A program made the position numbers and the translations under genes. The notes beneath the pieces are model-generated. The model was not told the origin of the DNA. It worked only from the letters and a program-made list of their open reading frames with translations, and searched no databases. Source: Candidatus Eiseniibacteriota bacterium (GTDB lineage: Bacteria; Eisenbacteria; RBG-16-71-46). From it: DNA of 64,000 nucleotides. Below are positions 1-11,923 of this stretch, piece after piece. The stretch covers positions 224,001 through 288,000 of the forward strand of contig CAVUWA010000010.1 of NCBI GenBank assembly GCA_963744995.1, in the 5' to 3' direction. How positions within the stretch are numbered: the first letter of the stretch is position 1; each line of letters opens with the position of its first letter.

Positions 1-767
1 GCTTTCATGACGCCGAGCGCCTGCGCCGCGACGCCGATGCGGCCGGTGTCGAGCATGCTCATCGCGATCTTGAAGCCCTCGCCCTCCGCGCCGAGCCGCT
101 GCTCGGCGGGCACCCGCAGGTCCTCGAGCGACAGCGCCACCGTGTCCGAGCCGCGCAGGCCCATCTTGTCCTCGGGCTTGCCGAGCACCAGTCCCTTGGC
201 GCCGCGCTCGACGATGAAGCATGAGAGCCCCTTGTTGCCGGAGTCCTTCGCGCCGGTGCGAGCGAAGACGAGGATCACGCCGGCGCGCACGCCGTTGGTG
301 ACCCAGTTCTTGCTGCCGTTCAGGACGTAGTGATCGCCGTCGCGGACCGCGGTCGACTCGAGCGCGCCCGCGTCGGAGCCCGCGCCGGGCTCGGACAGCG
401 AAAACGCCGCCAGCTCCTTCGACACCAGCCGCGGCATGAAGCGCTTGCGCTGCGCGTCGCTGCCGAATCTCCAGACCGGGAACGCGCCGACCGAGTTGTG
501 CACGGCGATCATGATCGCGAGCGCTGCCGACACCCTGGCGATCTCTTCGAGCACGATCACGATGGTGCGGGAGTCGTAGCCGAGCCCGCCCGCCTCCTCG
601 GGAATCACCATGCCGAGGAAGCCGATCTCGGCGAGTTGCGCCAGCGCCGCGTCGTCCACCTTGCCGTCGCGATCCCATTGCGCCGCGCGCGGGGCGAATT
701 CCCGTTCACACAGATCACGGACCGTGTCGCGGATCTGGTTCTGGTCTTCGGTGAGGTCGAGATTCAT
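1..767 (-). CDS. acyl-CoA dehydrogenase (3' end runs off window)
   Basis: Manual translation from ATG 767: MNLDLTEDQNQIRDTVR...FSLSEPGAGSDA...LNGSKNWVTNG...KMGLRGSDT...GRIGVAAQALG, which are ACAD motifs; absent from the ORF track because it is truncated. Confidence 0.93.
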   Translation of the reverse strand, partial: MNLDLTEDQNQIRDTVRDLCEREFAPRAAQWDRDGKVDDAALAQLAEIGFLGMVIPEEAGGLGYDSRTIVIVLEEIARVSAALAIMIAVHNSVGAFPVWRFGSDAQRKRFMPRLVSKELAAFSLSEPGAGSDAGALESTAVRDGDHYVLNGSKNWVTNGVRAGVILVFARTGAKDSGNKGLSCFIVERGAKGLVLGKPEDKMGLRGSDTVALSLEDLRVPAEQRLGAEGEGFKIAMSMLDTGRIGVAAQALGVMK

Positions 768-801
768 GAATCGTCCGTTCCCGGCGCGTGCCGCGCCGCC
801 G

Positions 802-1185
802 TCAGGCCGGAACCTCTTCGGCGTTTTCGCGGAAGAAGATCAGGCAGATGAGCGCGAGGACCGCCATCACGGTCGCGCCGCCCGGGTAGAGCAGCGTCCC
901 CGCTGCCGCCAGCAGCGCGAGCGGATACGCGCGCCAGTCGCCGACCCACAGCCCCAGCACGCCGCCGATCCATGCCAGACCGAGCAGCGCCTTGAGCCCG
1001 GTCACCAGCGTGAGCGGCACGCCGAACTTCTCGGCGAGGTCGAACCACACGCCGTGCTGCGCGACGAGGTTGAACCAGTCGTGGGCGACGAACGGGTACA
1101 GACCCTGATAGAGCAGCGTCACGCCTGGATACAGCATGCAGGCGGTGAGGATCACCAGGGCGATGGGGCGAACCGGGCGCGTCAT
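802..1185 (-). CDS. small hypothetical membrane protein (about 4 hydrophobic segments)
   Basis: 127-aa hydrophobic ORF with RBS GGAGG upstream, co-oriented with its neighbours. Confidence 0.75.
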   Translation of the reverse strand: MTRPVRPIALVILTACMLYPGVTLLYQGLYPFVAHDWFNLVAQHGVWFDLAEKFGVPLTLVTGLKALLGLAWIGGVLGLWVGDWRAYPLALLAAAGTLLYPGGATVMAVLALICLIFFRENAEEVPA

Positions 1186-1249
1186 GCGTTCCTCCGTTGG
1201 ATGAAATCACGGCGACCCGGCCCGCCGGGCGCCGCACTCCTTCTGGTTC

Positions 1250-2443
1250 TCAAACCTTGCGGGCGATCGCGTGTTCCTTGAGCAGCTGCAACGCGATCAC
1301 CAGCTTCTGGACTTCGGTCGTGCCTTCGTAGAGCTCGCAGATCCGCGCGTCGCGCCAGTAACGCTCGACGTGGAACTCGGACAGATATCCGTAGCCGCCG
1401 TGCACCTGAATCGCCAGATCGGCCACGATCGACGCGGCCTCCGAGCTGTGCCACTTGGCGAGTGAGGCCTCCTTGGCGTGCGGGCGATCGTGATCGCGCA
1501 GCCAGGACGCCTGGTACGTCAGCAGCCGCGCGGTCTCGGTCTGCACCGCGGCGTCCGCCAGCATGGCGCGGATCGCGTCGAACTCCCCGATCTTGCGGTC
1601 GAACTGCTCGCGCTCGCCCGCGTATTTCACCGCGGCCTCCAGCGCCGCCTGCGCGATGCCCACCGCCTGCGCGGCGATGCCGATGCGGCCGCCCGCCAGC
1701 GTCGCCAGCGCCACGTTGTAGCCCTTGTTGTACTCGCCGAGCAGGTTGTCCTTGTGCACGCGCGCGTTCTCGAACGCGATCTCGCGCGTGTCGGAGGCGT
1801 GAATCCCCAGTTTGTGCTCCTTCTTGCCCTTCCTCACGCCGGGGGTCGTGGCCTCGACGATGAACGCCGAGATCCCCTTGGGTCCGAGCGCGCGCTCGGT
1901 CGCCGCGTACACGATCAGGATGTCGGCCGGCCCCGCGTTGGTGACGAACAGCTTGGTGCCGTTCAACACGTAATGGTCGCCGTCGAGGACCGCCGTCGTC
2001 TCCTGATTGGCCGCGTTGCTGCCGGCGTTGGGCTCCGTGAGGCAGTAGGCGCCGATGTACTCGGCGGTCGCGAGCTTCGTCAGGTACTTCTGCTTCTGCG
2101 CCTCGTTGCCGTACGTCATCATCGGGAAGCACACCAGCGAGTTGTTCACCGAAGCGATCACGCCGTGGCTCGCGCAGGCCCGCGACAGCTCCTCGATGGC
2201 GATCACGTAGCTCACGTAGTCCATGCCCGCGCCGTTGTACTGATCCGGGACGAACATGCCCATCAACCCGAGCTCGCCCATCTTCTTCGCGTTCTCGAGC
2301 GGGAACTCATGGGTCTCGTCGATCTTCGCTGCGATCGGACGGATCTCCTGTTCGGCGAAGTCGCGCACCATCTCACGCACCGCCTGCTGCTCTTCGGAGA
2401 GTTCGAACGAGATGCCGGTGTCGCTCAACGTCGTCGTGCTCAT
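1250..2443 (-). CDS. acyl-CoA dehydrogenase (butyryl-CoA dehydrogenase-like)
   Basis: LTEPNAGS, NGTKLFVTN, KLGIHAS, GRIGIAAQ, IQVHGGYGY and YEGTTEVQ motifs; start at MSTTTL overlaps the upstream stop. Confidence 0.93.
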   Translation of the reverse strand: MSTTTLSDTGISFELSEEQQAVREMVRDFAEQEIRPIAAKIDETHEFPLENAKKMGELGLMGMFVPDQYNGAGMDYVSYVIAIEELSRACASHGVIASVNNSLVCFPMMTYGNEAQKQKYLTKLATAEYIGAYCLTEPNAGSNAANQETTAVLDGDHYVLNGTKLFVTNAGPADILIVYAATERALGPKGISAFIVEATTPGVRKGKKEHKLGIHASDTREIAFENARVHKDNLLGEYNKGYNVALATLAGGRIGIAAQAVGIAQAALEAAVKYAGEREQFDRKIGEFDAIRAMLADAAVQTETARLLTYQASWLRDHDRPHAKEASLAKWHSSEAASIVADLAIQVHGGYGYLSEFHVERYWRDARICELYEGTTEVQKLVIALQLLKEHAIARKV

Positions 2444-2793
2444 GGACGCTCCAGATCGCCGTACTGGCGGGTGTCGATGCGCTCGAACAGCAGCGTCACC
2501 GCAGGCGTCGCCGCCACCGGACGGTGGCGCACGCCGGCGGGAACGACGTGGAACTGCTGCGGTCGGATACGCACCGTGCCGCGCTCGGTCTCGAGGTCGA
2601 ATTCGCCCTCGTAGCCGAAGAACATCTCGTCCTCGCCGTGTGCGTGCCACGGAAACTCACCGTGCAGGAGCGCCATGCGGATCACGCTCTCGTTGACACG
2701 CGCCACTTCGACCGGCTTCCAGGGCTCGGTGAGCGCCGCGCGGAACCTCGCGAGCGAGCCCGGGTCGAGCGCCGCGTGCACGGTGTCCTCCAT
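2440..2793 (-). CDS. cupin domain protein
   Basis: GEFPWHAHGEDEMF...VVPAGVRHRP cupin motifs. Confidence 0.85.
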   Translation of the reverse strand: MEDTVHAALDPGSLARFRAALTEPWKPVEVARVNESVIRMALLHGEFPWHAHGEDEMFFGYEGEFDLETERGTVRIRPQQFHVVPAGVRHRPVAATPAVTLLFERIDTRQYGDLERP

Positions 2794-2806
2794 CCGCGAT
2801 CCGCCC

Positions 2807-3706
2807 TCAGGCCTTCGCCGAATAGTCGTAGAAGCCCCGGCCGCTCTTGCGGCCGAGGTAGCCGGCCCGCACCATCTTGCGCAGCAGCGGGCACGGCCGG
2901 TACTTGGAATCGCCGAGGCCCTCGTGCAGCACCTCCATGATCGACAGGCAGGTGTCGAGGCCGATCAGGTCGGCCAGCGCGAGCGGGCCCATCGGGTGGT
3001 TCATGCCGAGCTTCATGACCGTGTCGATGGCCTCCGGCTTCGCCACGCCTTCCATGAGGCAGTACACGGCTTCGTTGATCATCGGCATGAGGATCCGATT
3101 GGAGACGAACCCCGGATAGTCGTTCACCTCGACCGGGGTCTTGCCGAGCCGCCGCGTGAGGTCCTCCACGACGCCGTACGTGGCGTCGCTGGTCGCCAGT
3201 CCGCGGATGATTTCGACCAGCGCCATCACCGGCACCGGATTCATGAAGTGCATGCCGATGAACCGGTCGGGCCTGGAGGTCAGGGCCGCGATCTCGGTGA
3301 TCGAAATGCTCGAGGTGTTGCTCGCGAAGATCGTCTCCGCGGGCGCGAGCTTGTCGAGCGCCTGGAAGATGTCGCGCTTGACCGCCATCGTCTCCGGAAC
3401 CGCCTCGACCACGATCTGACAGTCCTTCGCGGCCTGCGGGTCGGTTCCGCCCTGGATGTGGCCCAGGATCCCGCCGGCGCGGCCGGCCTCCCAGCCCTGC
3501 TTCTTCGCGACGCGATCGAGGTTCTTCGTGATCGTCGCCAGCGCGCGATCCACGAACTCCGTCTTCGCATCCACCAGCGCCACGTCGATGCCGGCGGTCG
3601 CGAACACCTGGGCGATGCCGTTGCCCATGGTGCCGCCGCCGATCACCGCCACCTTCGCGACCTTCGCCGCCGTGCCGGACGTCACCGGCCTGGTCTCGAC
3701 GCTCAT
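2807..3706 (-). CDS. hbd: 3-hydroxybutyryl-CoA / 3-hydroxyacyl-CoA dehydrogenase
   Basis: [31 protein letters not shown] and NHPMGPL motifs; ATG overlaps the thiolase TGA. Confidence 0.93.
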   Translation of the reverse strand: MSVETRPVTSGTAAKVAKVAVIGGGTMGNGIAQVFATAGIDVALVDAKTEFVDRALATITKNLDRVAKKQGWEAGRAGGILGHIQGGTDPQAAKDCQIVVEAVPETMAVKRDIFQALDKLAPAETIFASNTSSISITEIAALTSRPDRFIGMHFMNPVPVMALVEIIRGLATSDATYGVVEDLTRRLGKTPVEVNDYPGFVSNRILMPMINEAVYCLMEGVAKPEAIDTVMKLGMNHPMGPLALADLIGLDTCLSIMEVLHEGLGDSKYRPCPLLRKMVRAGYLGRKSGRGFYDYSAKA

Positions 3707-4899
3707 CACACACGCTCCACGGCCAGCGCGACCGCGTTGCCGCCGCCCAGGCACAGGGTGGCGAGGCCCGTCTTCTTGTTCTGCTGCTCCAGCGCGTAGA
3801 GCAGCGTGATCAGCACGCGCGCGCCCGAGGCGCCGATCGGATGACCGAGCGCCACCGCGCCGCCGTTCACGTTGACGCGATCCCAGTCCCAGCCGAGTGC
3901 GTTGCCGTCGGCGAGCGCCTGCGCGGCGAAGGCTTCGTTCGCCTCGATCAGGTCGAAGTGGTCGATCTTGACGCCCATCTTCTTCATGAGCTTCTGGACC
4001 GCGTCGATCGGGGCGAAGAACAGCTCCTTCGGCTCGCCGCCGCCCGTGGCGTAGGCCACCACGCGCGCGATCGGCTTCGCGCCCTTCTGCTTCACGCGCT
4101 CGCCGCTCATCAGGATCAGCGCCGCGCCGGCGTCGTTCAGGCCCGGTGCGTTGCCGGCGGTGATCATGCCGCCCTTGTCGCGAGTTACCGCGCCCAGTTT
4201 CGCCAGCCCCTCCAGCGTGGTGTCGCCGCGCACCGCCTCGTCCTTGCTGATGACCAGGGGATCGCCCTTCCGCTGCGGGATCGTGACCGGGACGATCTCC
4301 TTCGAGAAGCGGCAATCGGCGATCGCCGCCGCGGCCTTCTGCTGGCTCTTGAGCGAGAATTCATCGAGCTGCTGGCGGGTGAGCTTCGCCTTCTCGGCGG
4401 TGTACTGCGCCAGCTCGATCATGTGGCAGCCGTTGAACGAGCACCACAGGCCGTCGTACACCACGCCGTCCTTGAGCGTCGTGTCGCCGAGCTTCTGTCC
4501 GGTGCGGCCCGAGAACAGGTAGTGCGGGGCGGTGCTCATGCTCTCCTGGCCGCCGGCGACGATCGTCTCGGCGTCGCCGGCCTTGATCGCCTGCGCGCCC
4601 AACATCACCGCCTTGAGCCCGGAGCCGCACACCTTGTTGATCGTGACGGCGCCGACCCGGGGGTCGATACCCGCCTTGATCTGCGCCTGGCGCGCCGGGG
4701 CCTGGCCCTGTCCGCCCTGCACCACGTGCCCCATGATCACTTCGTCGATTTCGTCGCCCGCGACACTCGCGCGGCTCATCGCTTCCTTGATCGCGATCGC
4801 GCCGAGTTCGGAGCCCTTCAGGGTGCCGAGACCACCGAGGAACTTGCCGATGGGGGTCCGGGCGGCGCCCACGATGAAAACGTCGGGATAGGTCGCCAT
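3706..4899 (-). CDS. acetyl-CoA C-acetyltransferase (thiolase)
   Basis: [28 protein letters not shown] and CLGGG thiolase motifs. Confidence 0.95.
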   Translation of the reverse strand: MATYPDVFIVGAARTPIGKFLGGLGTLKGSELGAIAIKEAMSRASVAGDEIDEVIMGHVVQGGQGQAPARQAQIKAGIDPRVGAVTINKVCGSGLKAVMLGAQAIKAGDAETIVAGGQESMSTAPHYLFSGRTGQKLGDTTLKDGVVYDGLWCSFNGCHMIELAQYTAEKAKLTRQQLDEFSLKSQQKAAAAIADCRFSKEIVPVTIPQRKGDPLVISKDEAVRGDTTLEGLAKLGAVTRDKGGMITAGNAPGLNDAGAALILMSGERVKQKGAKPIARVVAYATGGGEPKELFFAPIDAVQKLMKKMGVKIDHFDLIEANEAFAAQALADGNALGWDWDRVNVNGGAVALGHPIGASGARVLITLLYALEQQNKKTGLATLCLGGGNAVALAVERV

Positions 4900-5144
4900 G
4901 TGAAGCCTCGATTCGGAACCGGAAAGGCGGTCCCCGCACGGGGTTGCCGCCACAGTCGTCATGGAGGAGAACCGTCGGATAGTACACGAATCCGATTCTC
5001 CGGACACCCCGCCGGACGCCGGTTTCCCATGGTCCAAACGGAGGATGCGGGATCCGCGCGTGGATCAGGGCAACGGGGCGCCGGCGCCGGCGCCGCGCCG
5101 GCGGGAAGCCGGAATCACCGACGCCCGCGGGGGCCGCCCGGCGC

Positions 5145-6386
5145 TCAGCGCTCGCGCGCGGCGGGGCGCAGGATCGCGATGCTCGCGGCCTGACCGTGGA
5201 CGAAATGGCGGTCGCCGATCGGGCCGATCTCGCCCGCGCAGAACATGCCGGCGACCGGCACCGGTCCGGTCGTCGCGCCGGCACCGCCGAGCGCGGCCTG
5301 CAGCGCGGCGACGTCGGCGTCGGGCTTCTCGAACAGCCCGCGGCCGCGGCCATTGCACGAGAACAGGAACGCGGCCGCAGCCGCCGAATCGAATTCCTGC
5401 GGCGCGAGCAGCATCTCGAGATCCTCGGTCGCCGAACCGGCGTCGCGCACGTGCAGGCGAACGCGTTCCCGCGGCACGAGGAAGTCGCCGACCACGATCG
5501 CTCCCTGATCCCGGTCGGCCCCCATGAGGTTGCGGATCAGGTAGTCACCGCGGCCCTCGGCGTCCTCGCGGGTCGGGCGGCCGACGTAGAGACCGTGTTC
5601 GAGACGCTGGCGCTCCGCCTCGGGCAGCTCGCTCAGCACCTGCTCGACGCGCTCGAGCGCCGGCTGGCCGTCGAGTTCGCTGACGACGTTGCCCTTGACC
5701 GCGGTGACGGTGAGCGGCGGACCGACCGCGCGACAGCCCTGCGACACGATGACGTCGGCGCGCAGCGCCCCCTTGAGCGCCACCGCCACGCCGCCGGCGC
5801 TGTCCAGCCAGTCGTTGAGGAACAGCGCGTTGCCGCCCGGGCGCTGCGAGGCGCTCGCCATGCCGCCGACGATTCGTACCCCCGGCGCGTGGCGGCGGAA
5901 GCACTCGAGCACGCTCACGATGTCGAGCGTGAACGGATCCGCGATCAGCACGACCAGCTCGGCGCCATGCGCGCCGGGCGTGAGCCGCGAGAACGTGAGC
6001 TCGTCGTCGAGCGCCCCCTCCCACGACTCCTGATGCAGCACGAACGGATGCGCCCAAACGCCGGGCAGCCGCGCGGCGACCGCGGTCAGCGCGACGCCGC
6101 GCTCGAGCTCGTGCTCGCTGTCGATCACCCCCGCAGCGCTGCCGCCGATCAGGCACGCCGGGGTGAGGCGCCGGCGCAGGGTGTCGGCGATCACTCCCGC
6201 CTGCGGCACGTGGGACGCGCCGACGAACACGGCGACGAGATCCACCGGGCCCTCGCCGAGCGCGGCCGAGATCCGCTCCGCCAGCTCGCCGGCCGCGGTC
6301 TCGGCGACCGGGTGGGTGCTGGACGCGGACACCCAGCGCATCGCGGGCTTCGATTCGGGGGACGGGGTCATCGGGGCATCCGGCAT
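5145..6386 (-). CDS. FIST N/C domain protein
   Basis: VSQGC, FSCNGRG and GMFCAGEIGP motifs typical of FIST proteins. Confidence 0.85.
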   Translation of the reverse strand: MPDAPMTPSPESKPAMRWVSASSTHPVAETAAGELAERISAALGEGPVDLVAVFVGASHVPQAGVIADTLRRRLTPACLIGGSAAGVIDSEHELERGVALTAVAARLPGVWAHPFVLHQESWEGALDDELTFSRLTPGAHGAELVVLIADPFTLDIVSVLECFRRHAPGVRIVGGMASASQRPGGNALFLNDWLDSAGGVAVALKGALRADVIVSQGCRAVGPPLTVTAVKGNVVSELDGQPALERVEQVLSELPEAERQRLEHGLYVGRPTREDAEGRGDYLIRNLMGADRDQGAIVVGDFLVPRERVRLHVRDAGSATEDLEMLLAPQEFDSAAAAAFLFSCNGRGRGLFEKPDADVAALQAALGGAGATTGPVPVAGMFCAGEIGPIGDRHFVHGQAASIAILRPAARER

Positions 6387-6396
6387 CGTGCCGAGT

Positions 6397-7539
6397 TCAA
6401 TCGCCGCGCAGGATCTCGCGGGCGATCACCATCCGCTGGATCTCGCTCGTGCCCTCGCCGATCTCCATGAGCTTGGCGTCGCGGTGCATGCGTTCCACCG
6501 GGACGTCGCGACAGTAGCCCATGCCGCCGTGGATCTGGATGGCCTTGTCGGTCACCCAGTTGGCGATCTCGCTGGCATAGAGCTTCGCCATCGAGGCCTC
6601 CTTCACGAAATCGCGGCCGGCGTCCTTGAGCATGGCGGCGTGGTAGACGGCGAGGCGCGCGGTCTCGATCTTGGTCGCCATGTCGGCGAGCATGAACTGC
6701 ACCGCCTGGAATTTCGAGATCGTCTGGCCGAACTGCTTGCGTTCCTTCGAGTACCGGACGGAGTGCTCGAACGCGCCCTGGGCGAGGCCGAGCGCCAGCG
6801 CGCCGATCGAGATGCGCCCGCCGGTGAGCGTCCGCATGAACGCCTTGAACCCGCCCGACGGGTCGCCGATCAGATTCTCCTGCGGCACGAAACAGTTCTC
6901 GAACACGACCTCGACGGTGTCGGAGCCGCGCAGTCCCATCTTCTTCTCGCGCTTGCCCACACTGAAACCGTCGGTCGCGGTGTCCATGATGAACGCCGAG
7001 ATGCCCTTCGTTCCGCGGCTGGCGTCGGTGCGCGCGGTGAACGTGATGAACTTCGCCACGCTGCCGTTGGTGATGTAGATCTTCGAGCCGTTGACGCGCC
7101 AGCCGCCGTCGACCTTCTCGGCGCGCGTCTTCGTTCCCGCCGCGTCCGAGCCCGCCTCCGACTCGGTCAGCCCGAACGCGCCGAGCACCTCGCCCCTGGC
7201 CATCGGCACGAGGTACTTCATCTTCTGCTCCTCGGTGCCCGCGCCGTACACCGGGCCGCAGCCGAGCGAGACGTGCGCCGCCAGGGTGATCGCCGTGGAC
7301 CCGCAGGCGCGTGCGATCTCCTCGACCGCGATCGCATAGGCCAGCGTGTCCATGCCGGCACCGCCGTATTCCTCCGGATAGGGCAGGCCCATGAACCCCA
7401 GCTCGCCCATCTGTTTCACGATGTCGGCCGGGAATTCTTCGTTCTCGTCGAGATCGCGGGCACGCGGCGCCACGACCTCGTCGGCGAACTTGCGGGCCAT
7501 TTCGCGAACCTGGTGGTGTTCTTCTCGGAGAATCAGCAT
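6397..7539 (-). CDS. acyl-CoA dehydrogenase
   Basis: [37 protein letters not shown] and GEGTSEIQR motifs. Confidence 0.93.
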   Translation of the reverse strand: MLILREEHHQVREMARKFADEVVAPRARDLDENEEFPADIVKQMGELGFMGLPYPEEYGGAGMDTLAYAIAVEEIARACGSTAITLAAHVSLGCGPVYGAGTEEQKMKYLVPMARGEVLGAFGLTESEAGSDAAGTKTRAEKVDGGWRVNGSKIYITNGSVAKFITFTARTDASRGTKGISAFIMDTATDGFSVGKREKKMGLRGSDTVEVVFENCFVPQENLIGDPSGGFKAFMRTLTGGRISIGALALGLAQGAFEHSVRYSKERKQFGQTISKFQAVQFMLADMATKIETARLAVYHAAMLKDAGRDFVKEASMAKLYASEIANWVTDKAIQIHGGMGYCRDVPVERMHRDAKLMEIGEGTSEIQRMVIAREILRGD

Positions 7540-7625
7540 GCAGGGGGGCTCCGTGGGGTGACACATCGGGGAGCGATGTGGTGATCGGGCTCGAGTGCTC
7601 CCGCGCCCGGCTGCGACGGATGACT

Positions 7626-8300
7626 CTAGCACAGCCCCGCAGGCTCCTGCCGGGCGCGCCGAACTGCGGCGTGGCGCGGTTTCAGTGCGGTGCGGGCGGG
7701 TCCTCGAGCCGCCGGACTGGTGGCGAGCCGGGCACCGATCTCCCGCGCGCGCGCGAGCAGCTCCGGCGCCCGCGCGACGCTGCCGGCGACGTTGTCGTCG
7801 TGCGCCCACGCGAGCGTCTCCTCCCAGCGCGCCCCGACCCACTTGAGGAACCCGCGTACGGAGCGCTCCGCCATCTCGCGCGGGTGCGCGGCGCTGTGCG
7901 CGGTGACGAACACGCCCCGCCGCGTCCGCGCCCACTTCGGCACGAAACGCTCGCCTTCGGGCGTCGTCACCAGGGGGGTCACGCAGTTGCAGCGGTCGAA
8001 GACGTTCTTCATCGGCCCGCTCACGGTGTCGAAGTACACCGGTGAGCCGACGACCACCGCATGCGCGCCTTCGAGGGCCTCGTACACGGCATCCATGTCG
8101 TCGTGGAAGATGCAGTAGCCGCGCGTGGCGTCCGGTCCACAGGCCACGCAGGGCTGGACGTGGAGTTCCACGCACACGATCGTCCGGGTGATCGCGCCCG
8201 CAGCTTCGGCGCCCGCGGCGAGCTCGCGCAGCATGCGCGTGACGCTGCTGTCCGCACGCGGGCTGCCGTCGAGCAGCACGATGCGCGGCGCGTCATTCAT
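7626..8300 (-). CDS. flavodoxin-fold protein (iron-sulfur flavoprotein / NADPH-dependent FMN reductase family)
   Basis: LDGSPR...CVACG...C..DDM...GSPVYF...KNVFDR; start MNDAPR overlaps the upstream stop. Confidence 0.82.
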   Translation of the reverse strand: MNDAPRIVLLDGSPRADSSVTRMLRELAAGAEAAGAITRTIVCVELHVQPCVACGPDATRGYCIFHDDMDAVYEALEGAHAVVVGSPVYFDTVSGPMKNVFDRCNCVTPLVTTPEGERFVPKWARTRRGVFVTAHSAAHPREMAERSVRGFLKWVGARWEETLAWAHDDNVAGSVARAPELLARAREIGARLATSPAARGPARTALKPRHAAVRRARQEPAGLC

Positions 8301-9097
8301 GGCCGCACGCCCCAGATCAGCGTCGTCGCGCCGAGCCGGTTCACGAACGGCATCGCCTCGGCGGCCGCCTCCAGCGCCCGGCCCGCCGGAAGCAGCGCGT
8401 CGGGCGTAGTCTTCATCACCCACAGGAAGCGCCGCGCCCCTTCCACGCGGAGCCCGGCGGCTTCCGCCCCGGCGCGCAGTTCGGCCAGCGGCAGCGGGTG
8501 GTGATAGCGGTACGGGTGGTACGCCTCGCGATCGTCGGCCGCCTCCGGAAAGCAGGACGAAGGCAGGCTCCTGCGCAGCAGCGGCCAGCGCACCGCGGCG
8601 CGCTTCACCGCTTCGATCGGCGACGCCGCGTTGGGCGTCGAGATCGCAAAGCGCGCTCCGGGCTTCAGGACGCGCGCGATCTCTGCGAGCACCGTGGTCC
8701 GGTCGGGCCGGAAGACGTGCTCCATCATCTCGACCGACACGGCACGATCGAAGGTCGCATCCGCAAACGGCAGCGCCTTCGCGTTCGCGAGCGCGAGCCC
8801 CAGCGCGCGCTGCGGATCGAGCGCACGCCGCGCCCAGCGCAGCTGATCCATGCCGAGATCGATCCCGACCGCGCGGCACCCGGCCGCATGCGCCCAGCAG
8901 GTGCCGTAGGCCCAGCCGCAGCCGAGGTCCAGCACCGCGAGGCCGGGCTCGAGCCGCGCGTGCTCGAGCACCTCGCGGAACCGCCGCACCATCATGTAGC
9001 GCCGCGCCGGCGAGCCGAGGTACCAGTGCTCGACGAGGAACGGCAGCCCGTCCTCGCGCTCGACGCGGAGATCGGGCTCCACCAGCGACGGCGCCAT
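8297..9097 (-). CDS. class I SAM-dependent methyltransferase
   Basis: VLDLGCGWA, LPFADATFD, EHV and RVLKPG motifs. Confidence 0.85.
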   Translation of the reverse strand: MAPSLVEPDLRVEREDGLPFLVEHWYLGSPARRYMMVRRFREVLEHARLEPGLAVLDLGCGWAYGTCWAHAAGCRAVGIDLGMDQLRWARRALDPQRALGLALANAKALPFADATFDRAVSVEMMEHVFRPDRTTVLAEIARVLKPGARFAISTPNAASPIEAVKRAAVRWPLLRRSLPSSCFPEAADDREAYHPYRYHHPLPLAELRAGAEAAGLRVEGARRFLWVMKTTPDALLPAGRALEAAAEAMPFVNRLGATTLIWGVRP

Positions 9098-9117
9098 GCG
9101 TGGAGCCTGCCCGGCGC

Positions 9118-9729
9118 TCAGCGGTGCCCGCGGGCGGAACGCTTCGCCGGCTTCTTCGCGGCGGATTTCTTCGCGCGCTTCTGCCGCGCCGGCTTCCCGG
9201 CTGCGGCGTTCTGCTTCGCCGCCTTCCGCGCGGGTTTGCGCGCGGGCGCCTTCGCGGGCTTCGCCGCCGCCTGCGTCGCGGGCGCCGGTTTCTTCCGCGC
9301 CGCGGCGGCGTGCGCCCCGGCGGCGCTTCCACCCTGCGTGTCGAACCACTCGTGGATGTAGGCGGCGATGTCCTGGGTCGACGACCCGGGGCCGAACAGG
9401 CGACCGACGCCCATCCCGTGCAGCGTCTGCATGTCTTCCGACGGGATGATGCCGCCACCGGTGAGCAGGCGGTCGCCGATGCCGTGCTGCGCCATCAGCG
9501 CCTGCACTTCGGGGAACAGCGTCATGTGCGCGCCCGAGAGGATCGACAGCGCGACGACGTCCACGTCCTCCTGCACTGCTGCTTCGACCACCTGCTCGGG
9601 AGTCTGGTGCAGACCGGTGTAGATCACTTCCATGCCCGCGTCGCGCAGCGCCGCCGCGACGACCTTCGCGCCGCGATCGTGACCGTCGAGTCCGGGCTTG
9701 CCCACCAGTACGCGAATCTTTCGCTGCAT
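9118..9729 (-). CDS. cobalamin-binding small subunit of acyl-CoA mutase (IcmB-like) with Lys/Ala/Arg-rich C-terminal tail
   Basis: [10 protein letters not shown] (DxHxxG), SILSGAH and GGGIIP motifs. Confidence 0.92.
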   Translation of the reverse strand: MQRKIRVLVGKPGLDGHDRGAKVVAAALRDAGMEVIYTGLHQTPEQVVEAAVQEDVDVVALSILSGAHMTLFPEVQALMAQHGIGDRLLTGGGIIPSEDMQTLHGMGVGRLFGPGSSTQDIAAYIHEWFDTQGGSAAGAHAAAARKKPAPATQAAAKPAKAPARKPARKAAKQNAAAGKPARQKRAKKSAAKKPAKRSARGHR

Positions 9730-9805
9730 CTTGTCTCCTGCGACCGGCGCGGGCGCCGGCACGCGGTTCGGGCCGCTCTCCGCCAGCGGAACGCGCTCGG
9801 CCCGG

Positions 9806-11644
<1,839 letters not shown>

Positions 11645-11775
11645 GGGTTCCTCCTTGGGCGGCGCCTCGAGAAGAGTCGCCAGCCTGCGGGGCGTGGGTG
11701 CGCGGCATCACGGGGTGCGCGCACGGTCCGTGCGCGCGCCGGGCGTCGCAAAGCCCGGAAACACAGTGACGTGTG

Positions 11776-11805
11776 AGGTTAAGGCGGGGGGAAGAAGGCG
11801 GTCAA
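11776..11805 (-). promoter_or_regulatory. sigma70-type promoter TTGACC-N18-TAACCT upstream of the mutase operon
   Basis: Read directly; the same hexamers recur upstream of ugd. Confidence 0.65.
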
Positions 11806-11923
11806 GGCGCGGGGCGAGACCGCGGAGCGCCGCCCAGCGCGCGATCCTCCCCGGCCGCGTGAAGATCCTCGCCGCAGACTGCACCCCGAAGGCGGTCGCC
11901 TGCGTCGCCCGGCGACGTTCGGG

